Virus record (IMG/VR): IMGVR_UViG_3300045988_048834
Location: 1-38,438 of that record
Direction: 5' to 3' (one strand)
DNA: 38,438 nucleotides
Source: a virus
Below, in pieces: positions 15,752-23,801 of the stretch. A model generated the notes under the pieces. The model did not search any database, was not told where the DNA came from, and was given only the letters and a program-made list of their open reading frames with translations. Position numbers and translations under genes: made by a program. Positions within the stretch are counted from its first letter, which is position 1. Each line of letters opens with the position of its first letter.

Positions 15752-17226
15752 CAGCTCTTCGTCACGGTCACGGTGTAGGTCTTGGTGGTCGTGCCATCCT
15801 CAGCCGTCACCGTCACCTTCACCGTGTTCGCACCGCTCGCCCAGGTCGCGGCGCTGCCGTTGTCGATCTCCTTGCCGCCAACCTCGACCTTCACGCTGGC
15901 CGCCGCATCAGCGGGCACCGCCGTGATCGTATTCGTCGCATTGGTCGTAGCCGCGGTATAGGTCACCGTCGCCGCGCTGAACGCGGGGGACAGGCTTACG
16001 CTGCCCAGGCTCAGGCTGTTCAGCGCAGCGTTGGTGCCAGGCGTCGGGGCGTCGGCGGTCTCCACCTTCCACACCGCCGGGCGCAGACCGCCAATGTTCA
16101 GCAGCAGGAAGGCATTGTTGTCCAGCGGCATGCCATTGGCATACGTCTTGATCAGGTAGACGCGCTCATCCTCCAGGAAGTGGTAGTCGTCGCTGTACTC
16201 GATGCGTCCGTCTTTGGCCAGGCCCGCAAATGCCTTGTAGCGTCCGGCAATGCCCATCAGCGCCTCGCCGCGCTTCAGCGCCGGGCTCTGGATCACCGTC
16301 ATCGGGTAGGGCAGCACGTCGTTGCGGTAGGTGCCGTCCGGGGCCTGCACCGTCGTGGCGGGCATCACCTTCTGGTAGTAGTCCTGCGGGTTCACCAGGA
16401 AGATCACGTCGCTCACCGTGCGGGGGCGGCCATTGGGCGTTACCGCCATCAGACTGATTAGGTTGCCCACCGTCGCGGGGGACAAATCGTTCAGCGTGAT
16501 GGCGTCCTTCTTCGGGTATCTGCCGCCGGTCACGGTCACATCGTCGCCCACCTTGCGCATCATGCCAATGGGCTGGTCCTTGCCCTCACCGGTCACAATG
16601 CCCACCTCAAGGCCGTTGGACAGGTACTCGTACAGCGTCTCGCGCACAAAGCGGTCCAGCCAGTCGGGGCCCAGGTCCAGCATGGCCTTGGCCACCGGCA
16701 GGAAGGCGCTCAGCTTGTACAGCACCGTGTCGATCTCCTTCAGACCCGCGGTGGCCTCCTTGACGATTTCATCCGTGAGCTTGCCCCAGACGGCGCTCTC
16801 CACGCCGTTGGTGTTCACCAAAATCTTCACCGCGCCGCCGCTGGGCATAAAGTTGATTTTACTCAGCAGCGGGTGGTTGGCGCGCATGTCGTCAAAAACG
16901 GAGTTGATGACGGTCTCCGGCAGCGCCACATCAAGGTTAGCCACCGCCTGCTGGGGGTTGTCACTCCGGGCCGCTGCGGCAAATTTCTGGTAGTACTCGC
17001 GCTCGGCGCTGGTCAGCTGGCGCACGCCGCGGGCCGCCAGAATACGGCCATCCATCTCCTGACGTACCTCCTCCAGCTGGTCGGCGTACTCCTGGCGCAG
17101 GTTCTGCTCAATGTCGCCCAGCATTTCATCAAAGGCGGCGTAAAAGCCCTCCGTATCGTTGCCGCGCAGCGCCTGCTGCATTCTTGCGCGGATTTCATCG
17201 CGCGTTTTAATGTCGTTGCTTCTCAT
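15751..17226 (-). CDS. HK97-fold major capsid protein with an N-terminal delta domain and a C-terminal Ig/cadherin-like beta-sandwich extension
   Basis: The ATG at 17226 has RBS AAAGGAG. A helical N-terminal region is followed by the capsid core. The last ~95 aa (LNSLSLGSVSLSPAFSAATVTYTAATTNATNTITAV...TYTVTVTKS) match the cadherin-like/Big-type repeat pattern. Confidence 0.8.
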   Translation of the reverse strand: MRSNDIKTRDEIRARMQQALRGNDTEGFYAAFDEMLGDIEQNLRQEYADQLEEVRQEMDGRILAARGVRQLTSAEREYYQKFAAAARSDNPQQAVANLDVALPETVINSVFDDMRANHPLLSKINFMPSGGAVKILVNTNGVESAVWGKLTDEIVKEATAGLKEIDTVLYKLSAFLPVAKAMLDLGPDWLDRFVRETLYEYLSNGLEVGIVTGEGKDQPIGMMRKVGDDVTVTGGRYPKKDAITLNDLSPATVGNLISLMAVTPNGRPRTVSDVIFLVNPQDYYQKVMPATTVQAPDGTYRNDVLPYPMTVIQSPALKRGEALMGIAGRYKAFAGLAKDGRIEYSDDYHFLEDERVYLIKTYANGMPLDNNAFLLLNIGGLRPAVWKVETADAPTPGTNAALNSLSLGSVSLSPAFSAATVTYTAATTNATNTITAVPADAAASVKVEVGGKEIDNGSAATWASGANTVKVTVTAEDGTTTKTYTVTVTKS

Positions 17227-17244
17227 GGTATCTCCTTTCAACGT

Positions 17245-18009
17245 TTACTGTGTCCCCGCCAGCATCTGCATGATGCCCGCGGGCTTTGGTTCCTTCGGTG
17301 GCGGCACAGGGTCCGCTGCCGGGCGCATCAGGCTGCGCAGCTGGGCGGCCAGGCTTTTCTGCATGGTCAGCCGCTGCTCCGCGTCCAGATTGGCCTTCTT
17401 CAAAAGCTCTGCCGCGCCGCTCATGTCGGCGTCGGCGTCGGCGTAGCGGTCCGCCAGCCCCAGCGCAATGCACTGCTCGGCAGTCAGCCAGGTTTCGGCT
17501 TCCATCAACTCGGTCAGCTTTTCCTCGGTCAGTTTCTCCCCGGCCTTCGCCAGGTAAGCCCTGCGGCCTGCCGCGTTGATGGTTTCCAGGTCGTCCGCCG
17601 CCTTGCGCAGCTCGGCAGCATTCCCGACCGCGCCCATCCACATGTTGTGGATCATCATCAACGTGTTCTTGGGCATCACCACCTCGTCCCCGGCCATTGC
17701 GATGACCGAGGCAATCGAACATGCGAATCCGTCCACGTAGACGGTCTTGTGCGCCGGGCAGCGGCGCAGCTGGTTGTAGATGGCCGTGCCCTCAAACACG
17801 CTGCCGCCGTTGCTGTTGATGTAGATGTTGATCTGCGCAAGCTCCGGGATTCTTTCCAGCGCCGCTCTAAAAGCGTTCGCGCTGGTCTCGCTGCGCTTGA
17901 CCTCGCCCGTCCAGAAGTCGGTGCTGTCGCTCTCCACGTCGCCGTAGATATACAGCTCAGCTACAGCCGGGTCTGCGCTCTGTTTAAATTCCCACATGTT
18001 TTTCTTCAA
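17245..18009 (-). CDS. ClpP-family prohead protease
   Basis: INIYINSNGGSVFEGTAIYNQL ... DGFACSIASVIAMAGDEVVMPKNTLMMIHN is the S14/ClpP-like pattern. The gene lies between the portal and capsid genes. Confidence 0.85.
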   Translation of the reverse strand: MKKNMWEFKQSADPAVAELYIYGDVESDSTDFWTGEVKRSETSANAFRAALERIPELAQINIYINSNGGSVFEGTAIYNQLRRCPAHKTVYVDGFACSIASVIAMAGDEVVMPKNTLMMIHNMWMGAVGNAAELRKAADDLETINAAGRRAYLAKAGEKLTEEKLTELMEAETWLTAEQCIALGLADRYADADADMSGAAELLKKANLDAEQRLTMQKSLAAQLRSLMRPAADPVPPPKEPKPAGIMQMLAGTQ

Positions 18010-19184
18010 GTTTCCTCTCCCCCTTTCTGGTCCAGCTGGCGGGCAGCCTCGTCCATTGTCGCGATATTCAGCGTCATGTAGTGCTCGTCCGCCCAGGGCT
18101 CCGTGATCGCGGCCTGGTTCGCGGCGCGGCGCACATCGTTGATGCTGTACGCGCCGCTGCCGACCAGCTTCTCCACGTTGGCCGCATTCTCGAATATATC
18201 AAAGTGGATAATGCTGGAGGAGTCGACCATCATGTAGTTCCCGGCCTGCCACTGGGCAAAGCCGTACCGCTTTCGGGTCCCCTCTTCCTGCAGCTGATCG
18301 CACAACGGGTCGATGCAGTTCGTCAGGAAGCGCTTGTTTGCATCCGCGGTCCCCTCGATCTGCCCGTTCACCAAAACAGCGGGGATCAAAAAGCCCCGCG
18401 CGGTAAAGTTGAAAATATCTTCCACAAGCGCCCAAATGTCGCGGCTGTCGTCGCTCGTATCCTCCACGCGCTCGTATTTATAGCCACTGAACTCCGGCAA
18501 AATCGCGCCGTTCGAGTCAAAGAACGGCTTTACCTGTGCCTGCATCATTTCCTGAAAGCTCTTGGCCCAGCCCTCCTGGCCGCGGGCCATGTCGGCCACC
18601 GTCACCTTCCAGTGCTGGCCCTTGTTCCACTCGTAGTTCTTGATGGCGGCATTTACCAGCTTCACATAGGATTTGTACATCCCGTCCAGCACCGGGCGGA
18701 TGCTGCTATTGTTCAGCTTCAGGTGCATCACATCGTTCTCGCGGAAGGTTTTGTCGTAGCTCACATTGCCGGCCACAACGCCCCGGTACTCATTCTGCTT
18801 GCTGGGGTAGTTTTCGGGCAGCATCCACTGGTCTGCCACCACAAGCCCCTCCCCGCCGTCCCGGCGTCGGGTACTGATGATCAGCACCTCATTATCCTCG
18901 TACAGCTTGGCTACCAGCTTGTGCAGAAAGGCCGTAGAGTTCTGGTTCGTGTTCGGCTCAATATTCCACATCCAGTACTCGCGGCCCTTGAACTCGGCCC
19001 CGTCCCGGAAGGTGCGTATTTCGCACCGCCCCACTGCATTGGCGATCATGTTCACGCAGATCGACCAACACAGCTCGCGGATGCGGTACTCCTCCGCCGC
19101 GGCGTACAGCTCCTTCATCACGATGTCGTCTCCGCCGCCCTTGGCCTTTCGGCTCATAAAGGCATCCCAGAATTTTAAGCCCAT
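18006..19184 (-). CDS. Portal protein (HK97-family type)
   Basis: The ATG at 19184 has RBS GAGGAAGGA; the ORF track extends to 19250. It follows TerL and has a typical size. Confidence 0.8.
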   Translation of the reverse strand: MGLKFWDAFMSRKAKGGGDDIVMKELYAAAEEYRIRELCWSICVNMIANAVGRCEIRTFRDGAEFKGREYWMWNIEPNTNQNSTAFLHKLVAKLYEDNEVLIISTRRRDGGEGLVVADQWMLPENYPSKQNEYRGVVAGNVSYDKTFRENDVMHLKLNNSSIRPVLDGMYKSYVKLVNAAIKNYEWNKGQHWKVTVADMARGQEGWAKSFQEMMQAQVKPFFDSNGAILPEFSGYKYERVEDTSDDSRDIWALVEDIFNFTARGFLIPAVLVNGQIEGTADANKRFLTNCIDPLCDQLQEEGTRKRYGFAQWQAGNYMMVDSSSIIHFDIFENAANVEKLVGSGAYSINDVRRAANQAAITEPWADEHYMTLNIATMDEAARQLDQKGGEET

Positions 19185-19197
19185 TCTATCCTTCCTC

Positions 19198-20859
19198 TCA
19201 CCACGCGATGGCCCCGATGGGCGGCGGCTGCGCCGTCTCCCCGGTCCCAAGCTCCGGCTCCACCACCATGCTGGCGACCAGCGCCATCCACGGGTCGGTT
19301 TTCCGGCTCTTGGCCTCGATCTTCGCGTAAATAAAATTGCCGGTGTCCACGCCCAGTTTCCGGCTGCTGCGCACCCGCTTGGTATTATTCACAGCCCACC
19401 GCAGGCAGGGGTTGTTCCCCCAACAGAACTGCTCTCGGTCGAAGCATTCCTGAATCACCGGTTCAATGCTCATAATGTCACTGGGCCGCACCAACTTTAC
19501 GCGCTCCTTGTCGTTGGCGTCAAAGCCGATCTTGCGCAGCGCCTCGCTCATCATGGTCCACCGGTAATGGTCCATGGCCAGCTTGCGGATGCTATACTTC
19601 TGCGCAGCCTCCCGGATGTAGGCAGCCAGCAGATCGGGGTGGATGCTCACGTCCTCCACCACCGTCACCAGTCCGTCCGCGGCCCATGCCTGCCACGGGG
19701 CCTTTACCCGCGTCAGCGTCTTGCTCTCCCGACACAGCCAGGCGTGGTTGATGTCGTACCGCATCGCCCCGCGGCGGAAGTGCAGGTTCACCGCCGCCCA
19801 GTCGTTCAGCTCGGCGTAGTCGATGCCCACCGTGCAGCTCCAGCCGCGCAGCTCCGGCAGCGGCTTATTCGTCGCCTTGATCTTCTCGTAGCTGGTGACG
19901 CTCACTTCCTTTACGCCCTCGCGCAGTCCCATCCGCTTTGTGGGGAAGTCGCCGTTCTGCTCAGGGTGCTCGCACCAGTCCTTGTACTCATCCGCGATCT
20001 CCTGCTGCAAATTCGGAAAGTAATGCAGGGATGGGTTCGCCATCGTCCAGTTCTCGGGGTCGTGGATTTGCCCCTTCTCCGTCAATCGGCAGATAAACGG
20101 CAGAAAGCCGTTGTCCGCCTCGCCGTCGTACAAAATGCGCAGCCCGCGGGCCAGGTAGTCATCAAACGGCCCGTCGCTTACGTCACCGTTGGAGCTAAAG
20201 ATGCCGCACCGCGGCTGGGCGACCTTGCCCAGGCCCGTCGTAAACACCTTGATGTTGTCGTAGTTCTCATAAGCGTGCACCTCGTTGAAGATGATTTTGC
20301 CGCTGCGCATACCGTCGCGGCCCTTGGGGTTGTTGGTCCGCCCTTTCATCACGCCCTTATTCTTCCGTCCCTGGATGATCTCCTTGGTGTGGTAATAGTG
20401 GCGGTTCAGTTTTGTGGCCCATTTTGTGGATTCCAACACCTCCACCAAATCGCGGCTCGGCTGCGTGGCCTGGTCCTCGTTGTTGGCGCACACGTCAACG
20501 TTGTAGTGCCCCACCGGGTTGTAGGGCGACAGCGAGCATGCGGAATCAAAGGCAATGTATCCATCCTTGCCCGCGCCGCGTCCCACAAAGCAGAAAACAG
20601 TTTTCCACCGCGGCGTACCGTCGGCCCGGTAGGTGCAGTTCCACAGGACCAATAAAAATTTTTCCCACGGCAGCAAATCGCCGTAGGGGAAATATTTGAC
20701 GAGGCCCAGGTATTTCGCCGCCTGGGCCTCGTCAACGTAAATATTCTCGTTTTCAAACACCCGCCGCACATAGGCGGCCAGCGCTTTTTGTTCTGCCCCC
20801 ACGCGGAAGGGCTTGTCGGTCTCGCAGCTCTCCACGTAGGCCAGCACCTCGGGGGGCAT
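19198..20859 (-). CDS. terL: Terminase large subunit
   Basis: Walker-A-like VGRGAGKDGY and a C-terminal nuclease region. I prefer the ATG at 20859, directly after the TerS stop. The ORF track allows starts up to 20901. Confidence 0.85.
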   Translation of the reverse strand: MPPEVLAYVESCETDKPFRVGAEQKALAAYVRRVFENENIYVDEAQAAKYLGLVKYFPYGDLLPWEKFLLVLWNCTYRADGTPRWKTVFCFVGRGAGKDGYIAFDSACSLSPYNPVGHYNVDVCANNEDQATQPSRDLVEVLESTKWATKLNRHYYHTKEIIQGRKNKGVMKGRTNNPKGRDGMRSGKIIFNEVHAYENYDNIKVFTTGLGKVAQPRCGIFSSNGDVSDGPFDDYLARGLRILYDGEADNGFLPFICRLTEKGQIHDPENWTMANPSLHYFPNLQQEIADEYKDWCEHPEQNGDFPTKRMGLREGVKEVSVTSYEKIKATNKPLPELRGWSCTVGIDYAELNDWAAVNLHFRRGAMRYDINHAWLCRESKTLTRVKAPWQAWAADGLVTVVEDVSIHPDLLAAYIREAAQKYSIRKLAMDHYRWTMMSEALRKIGFDANDKERVKLVRPSDIMSIEPVIQECFDREQFCWGNNPCLRWAVNNTKRVRSSRKLGVDTGNFIYAKIEAKSRKTDPWMALVASMVVEPELGTGETAQPPPIGAIAW

Positions 20860-20860
20860 T

Positions 20861-21217
20861 CTACAGCTCATCATCCTCACCGCCATTCTGCGGCTTGGCA
20901 CTGTTCGCCTGCTCCCGGAATCCCAGCGCCGTCCAGATGTTCAGCATCTGGGCGGACACGCGCGTGGCAATGGTCAGGCTTTTATTCTCGGTGGTGCCCA
21001 TCTGGTTCGCGCCGTTCTGGTATTTCACATAAACACCGCGGTCCACCACGTCATCGTTGAGCATCTGCAGCCAGCTCCACAGGTTGATGTACTCCTCCAC
21101 CTTGTCCGTATATTGGGTTCCCACCAGCCCGCGGACCTCCAGGTCGTCCAACATGTCCTGCTTCAGCTTTTTGCAGGCATCCCGTTCCAGATACTCATTT
21201 TTCTTCTTCCGCGCCAC
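20861..21217 (-). CDS. terS: Terminase small subunit (P27-family-like)
   Basis: I prefer the GTG at 21217 (RBS AGAGGGTGA). The ORF-track start at 21274 lies in a G-rich tract. Pattern LEVRGLVGTQYTDKVEEYINLW ... TTENKSLTIATRVSAQML. Confidence 0.7.
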   Translation of the reverse strand: MARKKKNEYLERDACKKLKQDMLDDLEVRGLVGTQYTDKVEEYINLWSWLQMLNDDVVDRGVYVKYQNGANQMGTTENKSLTIATRVSAQMLNIWTALGFREQANSAKPQNGGEDDEL

Positions 21218-21375
21218 CAAATCACCCTCTTTCCCTTCGTCACGCGCCCTTTTCTCTCTCCACACCCACCCCACCCCTCACGCCCAACCCCTTCCCCTCC
21301 CGAATGTCTCGGACCCATTCGAGTTGGAAGCCGCTGGAAATTGTTGGTTTTTTCGTGGGGGGGGGTATCGCGCAA

Positions 21376-21726
21376 TTAATCCCATCTTTCCGCCGTGATT
21401 GGCGGCTCTTTCGGCAAAAATTGCGTAAAACTTTCCGGGTGAAGTTCTTCATGGCACTGTTTGCACACGCTGACAAGCTGCCGCTCATCGCCATCCCAAA
21501 TACTAAGCGCCAAGTCCGGCCTATCCCGCAAATGCTTTACATGATGCACCAACATCGCGTGCTTGTATCTGTGTTTCAGTTCACGGCAGCGCTGACACTC
21601 GCCTTTATCCAGGGCCAGCACTTCAGCGCGAACTGCCCGCCATTGCGGCCAGTAGTAGAAGTCATGCTCCGTGTCCGCGGCAATCATCTTCTTCAACCGC
21701 GCCAGATCATACGGATTTATTGCCAT
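21376..21726 (-). CDS. HNH endonuclease (terminase-associated)
   Basis: CQRCRELKHRYKHAMLVHHVKHL ... CKQCHEELH. It is adjacent to terS, as in cos-type HNH phages. Confidence 0.85.
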   Translation of the reverse strand: MAINPYDLARLKKMIAADTEHDFYYWPQWRAVRAEVLALDKGECQRCRELKHRYKHAMLVHHVKHLRDRPDLALSIWDGDERQLVSVCKQCHEELHPESFTQFLPKEPPITAERWD

Positions 21727-21729
21727 TAC

Positions 21730-22935
21730 TCACGTGTCCACCCCGGACACATCCTCAAAGCTCATTTGTATCCCCGCCCCCAGCCTTTCATAATATTCGC
21801 CCTCAAAACGCTCTTGCACAAACAGCCTCTCGCAATTCTCGCTGCTGCCGTTCCCTGTGCCCAACAGTTTCCGCTTTTTGATGTTTGCCACCTCAACGCA
21901 GCCTGCCGGGCAACTGTACTCACTTATAATCACCATGTACGGCACGCTCGCCAGCCATGTATCAAATCGCTCATGATCAAACATGCCGCCGTACCCTTCC
22001 TGGGCCGTCCCGCGGTAGGGCGGATCGGCATAAACCACAGCCCCGCGCGGCACCTCGACCCTTTCGTAATCGCCTTGCAGCCTTTCCAGCCTTTCCAGAC
22101 TTTGCAGCCTTTGCAGCCTTTGCAGACTTTGCAGCCTTTGCAGACTTTGCAGCCTTTGCCTTAATCTGTACAAGCCGATAATTTTATTATAATCTTTCGT
22201 CAGCGCAGGCATAAAAGCCTGCATCTTCTCGTAGTATTCCTGCGTAGGGAAAGCCCATTGACTGCGCCCAAAATAGTGCCCGGCCATCTGTGTCCCCAGC
22301 CTTATCTGCACCTCCGACTGCGTCATGCCGCTGCTTTTCAAGCCCGCTAGCAAATACGCTCGCAGCTGCTCTTCTTCTGCGGCCATTTCCCGCTCGTTGT
22401 TTTTTATCAGCTCGTCCAACTCCGCCGGGGTGTACCGCTGCTGCCCTAACCACCATCGGATATATTTCTCTTTATATTCGTCATGGTGAGCCAAAACGTC
22501 CGCCGCGCTCCCGTCGGAATTGATTCCAATCTCGCGCAGAGGCCCGGTATCGCCAAGGACGCGCGCATAATGCAGCGCTCGCTTCCACGGCTCGACCTCT
22601 TCGACGTATAAATAATTGCTTCGATTATTTCCAAAGCTCCAACACAGGCTGACGTAGGGGTCGGCGTCTTTTAGCTGGTAGAAATCCTCCCGGCTGATCC
22701 ACCGCCTTTCGTCCGCGTACCGTCCATGCGCGGCGTTCAAAAACACATTCGGCGCGTCGCCGATGTCATTGGCAATGTATCTGTCCCATCGCCCGGCCAG
22801 CAGCGCCGCGTGCGTTACCGCACAGCCTCCCGCAAATAAATCCACAAGCGTATGGCCCGACGGCAAATGCTCCACTACCCACTCGGCTATTTTATTTTTG
22901 CTTCCCTGGTAAGGCACTCCGTACCGCATACGCAC
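21730..22935 (-). CDS. N6-adenine DNA methyltransferase (D12/Dam class) with an internal RLQ/SLQ repeat
   Basis: YQGSKNKIAEWV, DLFAGGCAV (FxGxG) and VYADPPYRG (DPPY). Confidence 0.8.
   Translation of the reverse strand: MRMRYGVPYQGSKNKIAEWVVEHLPSGHTLVDLFAGGCAVTHAALLAGRWDRYIANDIGDAPNVFLNAAHGRYADERRWISREDFYQLKDADPYVSLCWSFGNNRSNYLYVEEVEPWKRALHYARVLGDTGPLREIGINSDGSAADVLAHHDEYKEKYIRWWLGQQRYTPAELDELIKNNEREMAAEEEQLRAYLLAGLKSSGMTQSEVQIRLGTQMAGHYFGRSQWAFPTQEYYEKMQAFMPALTKDYNKIIGLYRLRQRLQSLQRLQSLQRLQRLQSLERLERLQGDYERVEVPRGAVVYADPPYRGTAQEGYGGMFDHERFDTWLASVPYMVIISEYSCPAGCVEVANIKKRKLLGTGNGSSENCERLFVQERFEGEYYERLGAGIQMSFEDVSGVDT
21734..21750. repeat. GTGTCC-N5-GGACAC palindrome, perfect copy
   Basis: gtgtcc acccc ggacac; lies in the last codons of the methyltransferase gene, 8 nt upstream of the HNH ATG. 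Confidence 0.95.
22073..22160 (-). repeat. About 10 tandem 9-bp repeats (CTTTGCAGC, CTTTCCAGC, CTTTGCAGA) inside the methyltransferase gene
   Basis: Read directly from the sequence. The repeats encode RLQSLQRLQSLQRLQRLQSLERLERLQ, between the SAM-binding and DPPY motifs. Confidence 0.9.
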
Positions 22936-23280
22936 CTCAAAATCAACTAGCTGCCCAGCGGCGCGAGACGGAGTATATTGGTCTCGATGTAGGTGTGTCT
23001 CTCCCGCCCGCCGGGCATGGCGGTCTATATTCCCGCCCGTCAGCCGCTACTTCTTTTTCTTTTCACGCCAGCGGCTTGCGTGCTGGCACCACACCCGGGT
23101 CTCACACCCAACCCGCGCCGTTGCTTGCGGCGCGCGGTGCCCATCCCGCCGGGCATTTCTGCAGGTGGCTGTGCGGCATAGTGTCCGGCATTTCAACCGG
23201 ACGGCGGGAGCTTCATCGTGGCGACGCCGCATCACGCAGCGCAGCACCCGTACCACGAGGAGGATTACGACGACATGCGC

Positions 23281-23319
23281 CAAAATCAAAATCCGCAGGG
23301 CATCTCTGTCCCGCGGATT
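23281..23319 (-). terminator. Promoter-proximal intrinsic terminator-like hairpin
   Basis: On the minus strand AATCCGC(G)GGG pairs with CCCGCGGATT around a 9-nt loop and is followed by TTGATTTTG. It starts a few nt after the predicted transcription start. Confidence 0.5.
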
Positions 23320-23330
23320 CTGATACTACC

Positions 23331-23376
23331 ATTATACGCCTTTCGCGATGGACATCAAGGGACATCAGTGGACATC
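23331..23376 (-). promoter_or_regulatory. Putative late promoter with three 10-bp-phased GGACATC half-sites
   Basis: The minus strand reads GATGTCCactGATGTCCcttGATGTCCatcgcgaaaggcgTATAAT. The -35-like TTGATG (23358..23353) and TATAAT (23336..23331) are 16 nt apart. Repeats start at 23350, 23360 and 23370. Confidence 0.5.
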
Positions 23377-23801
23377 TTTAGCGCGTTCACAATTTTATCG
23401 TGCTTTCTGCGCACCTGTCGGCTGCAATAGCCCATGGCCCTGCCGACCTCCCGCCAGGTCTGCCCCAGCAGGTAGCGGCGGCGCATCAGCTCGTAGTCAT
23501 CGGCTGCCGGTATCGTCTCCAGCACGGTGGCCACCTCCCGGCGTACCGCGCTGCATACGCTCAGCTGCTCCTCCACCCTGGCCCGCGCCGCATCGATGCG
23601 CTCCACCGCCCGCGGCAGGGCCTGGCCGTCGCTGGCCCCGCCGGGCATTCCGCTCAGGTTGGCCGTTACGCGGCACGCATCAGCGCGCAGCTCCCGGACC
23701 TCTTCCTCATAGAGGCGCTCCAACCGACAGGCGTCCAGGTAGCGGTACAGCCATTGCACCCGCAGGGCCCGTACCCGCCGGGTCTCCTCCTCACAGCTCA
23801 C
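23355..23801 (-). CDS. Sigma-70 region-4-like phage transcription regulator (RinA/ArpU/DUF1492-type candidate)
   Basis: 148 aa. The C-terminal RRRYLLGQTWREVGRAMGYCSRQVRRKHDKIV resembles a region-4 HTH. The gene sits directly upstream of the putative late promoter. Confidence 0.6.
   Translation of the reverse strand: MSCEEETRRVRALRVQWLYRYLDACRLERLYEEEVRELRADACRVTANLSGMPGGASDGQALPRAVERIDAARARVEEQLSVCSAVRREVATVLETIPAADDYELMRRRYLLGQTWREVGRAMGYCSRQVRRKHDKIVNALKMSTDVP

Noticed and set aside
21218-21274. The ORF-track start of terS at 21274 (MGWVWREKRARDEG...), and similar N-terminal extensions at 2000, 7392, 10636, 14233, 17241, 19250, 30028, 30443, 31358, 32142 and 32866.
   Set aside because: In each case an internal start has a good Shine-Dalgarno site and abuts the upstream stop. 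The extension overlaps the upstream gene, a hairpin or a promoter, and has atypical composition.
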